Below are positions 57,330 to 61,614 of a DNA stretch of 61,614 bases, one piece after another. A program made the position numbers and the translations under genes. The stretch is from an uncultured Bacteroidales bacterium (GTDB lineage Bacteria > Bacteroidota > Bacteroidia > Bacteroidales > JAGOPY01), in the NCBI GenBank assembly GCA_964371595.1, contig CAYJNJ010000009.1, positions 1-61,614 of the forward strand. The letters run 5' to 3'. The notes beneath the pieces were generated by a model that saw only the letters and a program-made list of their open reading frames with translations, was not told the DNA's origin and did not search any database. Within the stretch, counting starts at the first letter, position 1. Each line of letters begins with the position of its first letter.

Positions 57330-60323
57330 TTAGCGAACGATCATCCTTTCCGTCTTACAGATCTTTCCATCCTGGCTACGGTAACTGAGAATATAGACGC
57401 CATCGGCAGTCCCTTCCAAAGACAATTGGTTATCACCCGGCACCAGTATCACTTCACTGACCAGCTGGCCATAAACTGAATAAATGGAAACCACCACTTC
57501 TTCGCTATAATTGCTTAGCAGGTTAAAATTGCCGTTATTCGGGTTAGGGTAGATCCTCACAACAGGTCCACCCGGCTCGTCGATTCCAACAGGCAGAACA
57601 TCAATGTATTCTTCTTTTGTGATCACATCCGTTCCGAACAAACTGGTAACGGTCAGCGTGACGGAATACAGACCGGGGACATCATAGAGTATGTCGGAAG
57701 GGTTCTGGACATCGGAAGTGGCAGGAACGCCGCCTTCGAATTCCCACGACCATGTGTCAGGTGAACCGGTGGAAAGGTCAGTGAAATCAACGGTTTCGCC
57801 TTCATAAAGGCTGACAGGATTTGCAGAAAAGTCGGCTGCCGGCGGATCACCGACATGGATATAATCGGCTTTTTCTTCTGTGGAAGTGCCGGCTTCGTTT
57901 GATATCCAGAGGACTACGTTATAAGTTCCGGGAGTATTGTAAACGATCGGGGGAGGTGTCTGGCCTGAGAAGGAGCCTGGTGTGCCACCGATAAATGTCC
58001 ATACCCATTCGTCAGGTTCGCCTTCGGATTCATCGGTAAAAGTCACGCTGCCGCCGGTCAGGACGATAGTCGGATCACCGGAAAACTGTGCTACCGGCCA
58101 TGAGGAGCATCCTGCACCCGGATTTGCCATGACACTGTCGCCGGCCTGGTTATAACCAACAAACTCAATGGCTGCCGACCAGTTTTCTCCAAGGCCGTTA
58201 TCCAGGCCCGGATCACAGAAAACCAGCGAAGGTCCTTCGCCATCAGGACTTGTGGGCCAGGGTGCAGTATCATCATAATTTACGCTATCGACGAGCATTC
58301 CGAAGCTGTTGTTCAATGAGATCCTTTCGCCATTGTTTCCAAGACCACCATTAAACTGCCATGCCGGCATCCCGAAGAAATCCTGGAAAATAACCGAATC
58401 CACAGCGATCAGGAAATAATTACCGGGATTAAGCGTATAAGTGGGGAAGGTGAATTCAGCGCCTTCGGAGAAATAATATCCTTCCAGTTCAACACTGATA
58501 TCATCGGCATTATAAATTTCGATGAACTCCAGGCTGTCGGTGCCGGATTCAGGAGGATTGTACATGATCTCGCTAATGACAAGCTGGGGAATGATGATTG
58601 GCTCAATTACAGAGAAAATGCCGCTTAGCCCGAATACCTGGTCATCACCGGTATCCGTAACGCGAATGCGGCAATCATCGCTGGTGGCCTGTTCGGCTGG
58701 AATAGACCATGTCCAGGTTCCATTGGCAGCAGGAACTGATGCAATCAGGGTGGTCCAGGTCGGACTTCCCGAGGAGGCATCATTTGTCAGTTCGATGATC
58801 ACATTCGCCCCGGTATTCAGCGCCACCCAGGTTATGTCATGTGAACTGCCCTGTTCCCAGTAGTCTCCCTCAACAGGAGAAGAAACGCTGATACTTGCCA
58901 CCGATTCGCCTTCGGTGATCAGTATCTCATCAACTCCCCAACGCGTTGGGTCGCTGCTTCCGAGATATTGAAAAGCGAGGTGAACTGAGGAGCCCGAAAT
59001 GCCACCCAGGGAAACATCACCTGAGGAATACCACTGCTCGGCAACCGGGGGTTTGACAAAGGTGAGCTCTGTCCAGGTGGCAAGAGTAGGATCACCGCTT
59101 GTGTAATCAAGGGAATAAAGTAGCGTGAGCTCATCATCTGAAACGCCATATTTCCACTGGGAGAAAAATTCGAGTTGTTCATTCTCCATAGTATTCAGGT
59201 TCAAGGCAGGGGAGATCAGCCAGTCGTTGCTGGGCACGTCCTGGTTAAAACCGTTCATCTGGGCAAAGAATATAGTTGAATAAGCCCCGCCAAAATTTGC
59301 GACTGCCCAGTCTTTGTCACTGGCAACGTTATACATAGTCCAGGTGCCAAAGGAATTTGATTCAAAATCTTCGAGATGGAGCCTGGGTACTGTGCCTCCA
59401 TTATCCGAAGGAGCGGTGCCATCGGTTTTGTAATTGATATTTGCCCCTGCATTGGTATAAGGATAGATTTTGAAGTAGTACTCAGTTTCACCTTCCAAGG
59501 GGTAAAATACCGCTGTTTCAACGCCATAGGAAATATTTAGTGCGCCGGTGCCGTCTGAGAAATCCTCATCATCGGGAACGGGGGTGCCGTCGACAGGAGC
59601 GGTAATATCATCAGCATCAGAAAGCTTAATGAGGTAATTGGATGGAAGCTGGGTGCCGACAGCATCTGTCCATGTCAGGGTGATCATGATTTTGTACACC
59701 TCCAGAGCCAGTTCGGTCGGGTAGTTTGAAGGTTCGGGCTGGGGTGCGCCGCCGAGGCTCTGGCCGTTGTTCAGCTGGCCGGGGGTATCATCTGCTGGGG
59801 CCTGCCAGAGAAAATCGCTGTAAGCTGCACCGGAGCCGGCGAGCTGCAGGGATAATCCTACGGCTTCAGTACCGGTTTCCATAACACCGATATCTGCTGA
59901 CAACATGCCGTTGGCAGGGCCATCGTTCGCTGTCATTGCACCTTCATAGCTTAACCATTGTCCTGAAACAACTGAGCCCTGGTATGCAAGAGCCATCCCA
60001 TCAGGAGCGCCGTTCTGGATTCCATTTGCCGGATAGGTGTAATAAAATAATGAATAACCATTGCTTACAGCTCCTGCAGTGAACAAATCGATCGTTTTAG
60101 TATCATATGACAGACCGTTATTTCCATTGTATAGAACCACTGAAAAATCAGCCAGAGTATAACTGCCAGCATTCTGAATGACGACTTCTATGAATTCACC
60201 AGCATCGGTACCTGTATTGTCATAATGGATCTCATTGATCCAGGCATTTTGTGCTAAACCGCTGAAGGAGAAAAATGCCGTTAAAACTACCAGCAGACTA
60301 AGGGATTTGTAAATTCTTTTCAT
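57330..60323 (-). CDS. Multidomain T9SS protein (two lamin-tail domains, adhesin-like domain, 2 PKD, CTD)
   Basis: ATG 60323 signal peptide; INEIHYD...EFIEV; NDWLISP; ISEIMYNP...EFIEIYN; PKD repeats; IYPNP CTD. Confidence 0.82.
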   Translation of the reverse strand: MKRIYKSLSLLVVLTAFFSFSGLAQNAWINEIHYDNTGTDAGEFIEVVIQNAGSYTLADFSVVLYNGNNGLSYDTKTIDLFTAGAVSNGYSLFYYTYPANGIQNGAPDGMALAYQGSVVSGQWLSYEGAMTANDGPANGMLSADIGVMETGTEAVGLSLQLAGSGAAYSDFLWQAPADDTPGQLNNGQSLGGAPQPEPSNYPTELALEVYKIMITLTWTDAVGTQLPSNYLIKLSDADDITAPVDGTPVPDDEDFSDGTGALNISYGVETAVFYPLEGETEYYFKIYPYTNAGANINYKTDGTAPSDNGGTVPRLHLEDFESNSFGTWTMYNVASDKDWAVANFGGAYSTIFFAQMNGFNQDVPSNDWLISPALNLNTMENEQLEFFSQWKYGVSDDELTLLYSLDYTSGDPTLATWTELTFVKPPVAEQWYSSGDVSLGGISGSSVHLAFQYLGSSDPTRWGVDEILITEGESVASISVSSPVEGDYWEQGSSHDITWVALNTGANVIIELTNDASSGSPTWTTLIASVPAANGTWTWSIPAEQATSDDCRIRVTDTGDDQVFGLSGIFSVIEPIIIPQLVISEIMYNPPESGTDSLEFIEIYNADDISVELEGYYFSEGAEFTFPTYTLNPGNYFLIAVDSVIFQDFFGMPAWQFNGGLGNNGERISLNNSFGMLVDSVNYDDTAPWPTSPDGEGPSLVFCDPGLDNGLGENWSAAIEFVGYNQAGDSVMANPGAGCSSWPVAQFSGDPTIVLTGGSVTFTDESEGEPDEWVWTFIGGTPGSFSGQTPPPIVYNTPGTYNVVLWISNEAGTSTEEKADYIHVGDPPAADFSANPVSLYEGETVDFTDLSTGSPDTWSWEFEGGVPATSDVQNPSDILYDVPGLYSVTLTVTSLFGTDVITKEEYIDVLPVGIDEPGGPVVRIYPNPNNGNFNLLSNYSEEVVVSIYSVYGQLVSEVILVPGDNQLSLEGTADGVYILSYRSQDGKICKTERMIVR

Positions 60324-60343
60324 AGCTTGGATTTTTAAATTGG

Positions 60344-60434
60344 TTCTTGCTGATTTACGCAGATCAAAACGCAGATCATCGCAGATCTGTTTATCAGCGG
60401 TATCTGCGGTTAAATCTGCGAACATCTGCGAGAA
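60344..60434. repeat. CGCAGAT-type palindrome of tandem repeats
   Basis: Left arm TGCTGAT, CGCAGAT x3; right arm ATCAGCG, ATCTGCG x3; ends TTCTTGC / GCGAGAA. Confidence 0.85.
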
Positions 60435-60548
60435 ATCTTGTACAAAGAAGGTCAAAATTTGCCAAATAACTTACAATCCGTCGTTATTTATTTGTTAACA
60501 AAAGTTGAAATTATTAGGTAATCCGATGACTACAGCCGTCGGTTGATA

Positions 60549-61614
60549 TCAAAACGTAGCCTTCAGATAAATGTTCCCGCCAGGAGGGACCGAAACCGTC
60601 CCGTCAAATACAGAAGCCTTCAGCCCGTCGGGATCTGAAACAGCAACAGACTTAAAAGCGTTGACAAATTCGGGTTTTTCAGCCGTGGTCCCCGCATTGA
60701 AAATAGAAAGCAGAAATTCCTTCCCCTGGTTTATGGGCTTGATGGAAGTAATGACCAGTCCTGTGCCGGCAAATTTAACCAGCGATCCCTTTTCCTTCAT
60801 GCTCCCCCCGCCTTTACGCGTGATCAGAGGCTGGCGAAGGCCTATGGCTGCCTTTTCTGCCACCGCCGGGTCAAATCCGTCATGGGGCATGATAATATAG
60901 CGTGAAGAGCAGCTCCCTTCCTGGGAAGCGGCATAATTGGTCTCCCAGTAATTATTCATAAGATAAGAATAAAAGGTCTGGGTAGAAGGGATTGAATCCA
61001 CCCATCCGTAAACAATTTCATCCATTGTGATCTCCCCGGCCTCGAACAATGGGGCATCAGGACAAATGATCATAACGCCGCTGTTATCATTCGAGATATC
61101 CAGCCAGTGCTCCATCGCAAGGTAATTCTTGTTGGAGCCTGGAAGCTGGTCCAGTTCCGGGCGGCAATAGCCATAGGCGAGATCGTAGCGCATAACGCCG
61201 TCGGGGATGCTAAAGGGGAAAGCCAGGTGCACTGCTTCCGGAGTAAGTACTTTTTCCCGGTCAAGGGTATTGGTAATTTCGATAAGATTTAGATCATCGA
61301 TGATGCGGATGGTACTGGTCAGGCTTTTGCATCCCGGGGCAGTGATTTCGATTTTAATGAGGGTCACCACCGGGCCGCTTTCGATGATGGAGATGTCTTT
61401 GAGCTTTGCCTGCAGCGGCGCCGAGGGCAGGCGGCCATCTACATAAAGGTATTCGTTCAGGCCATAGGGTGATGTGGAATTTACAAGCTCGCGGCCGGAG
61501 GCTTTAGCTATTAATGAAGAAATGGCACCGGTGGGGGAGAGGGTGAGGGAGAAGTGAGTCGTTTGGATTTGAGGTGGTGAGGTGGTGGTGTGGTGAAGTG
61601 GTGGGGTGGTGGGG
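60549..61614 (-). CDS. GH38 (alpha-mannosidase-like) C-terminal part, 5'-truncated by the window edge
   Basis: Frame is open to the window end (GAISSL...GRELVN...LNEYLY...ESGPVV); EAVHLAFPF, SYLMNNYWETNY. Confidence 0.7.
   Translation of the reverse strand, partial: PTTPPLHHTTTSPPQIQTTHFSLTLSPTGAISSLIAKASGRELVNSTSPYGLNEYLYVDGRLPSAPLQAKLKDISIIESGPVVTLIKIEITAPGCKSLTSTIRIIDDLNLIEITNTLDREKVLTPEAVHLAFPFSIPDGVMRYDLAYGYCRPELDQLPGSNKNYLAMEHWLDISNDNSGVMIICPDAPLFEAGEITMDEIVYGWVDSIPSTQTFYSYLMNNYWETNYAASQEGSCSSRYIIMPHDGFDPAVAEKAAIGLRQPLITRKGGGSMKEKGSLVKFAGTGLVITSIKPINQGKEFLLSIFNAGTTAEKPEFVNAFKSVAVSDPDGLKASVFDGTVSVPPGGNIYLKATF
61571..61614. repeat. Degenerate GRRGTGGT-type 7-8 nt repeat inside the last CDS
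   Basis: gaggtggt gaggtggt ggtgtggt gaagtggt ggggtggt gggg; same family as 7184-7239. Confidence 0.8.

Noticed and set aside
11284-59527. Numerous 60-300 aa ORFs overlapping annotated genes on the opposite strand or another frame (e.g. 13430-14113, 20568-21461, 24892-25545, 40632-41270)
   Set aside because: Shadow ORFs expected from the codon bias of the real genes; no motifs.
60324-60455. 44-aa N-terminal extension of the 1041-aa ORF
   Set aside because: It is the translation of the CGCAGAT palindrome; the signal peptide starts at ATG 60323.
59-61614. Short tandem arrays as CRISPR arrays
   Set aside because: Units are 7-9 nt with no unique spacers, and there are no cas genes.

Overview
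Chromosomal fragment of a Bacteroidota bacterium, probably an anaerobic Bacteroidales. The assignment rests on TAnnTTTG promoter boxes, many T9SS C-terminal sorting domains, an rseC-rnfBCDGEA cluster and bTHX. It is mostly housekeeping genes (alaS, gpsA, nadC, rnf, murB, pyrD/pyrK, purB, recQ, fmt, murL/murD2) plus about 10 secreted or T9SS proteins. I saw no rRNA, tRNA, CRISPR array, transposase, reverse transcriptase or phage gene. Most notable: (1) A three-gene surface cassette at 894-5005: a CTD-less secreted protein ending in a duplicated dockerin-like module, a T9SS protein starting with a putative cohesin-like beta-sandwich, and a 77-aa signal-peptide/poly-Pro/PID-CTERM-like micro-protein. 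(2) Pervasive 7-8 nt tandem repeats and palindromic short-period elements that overlap gene ends and sit in frame inside genes (murB, a LysM hydrolase, two proteases, a GH38-like gene). (3) A three-copy MITE-like element, one copy with TIRs and a 6-bp TSD. (4) An HU gene absent from the ORF track, with TGA at its conserved Gly. (5) A murL-murD2 epimerase route to D-Glu peptidoglycan. All product calls come from motifs recognised by eye; no database searches were run.
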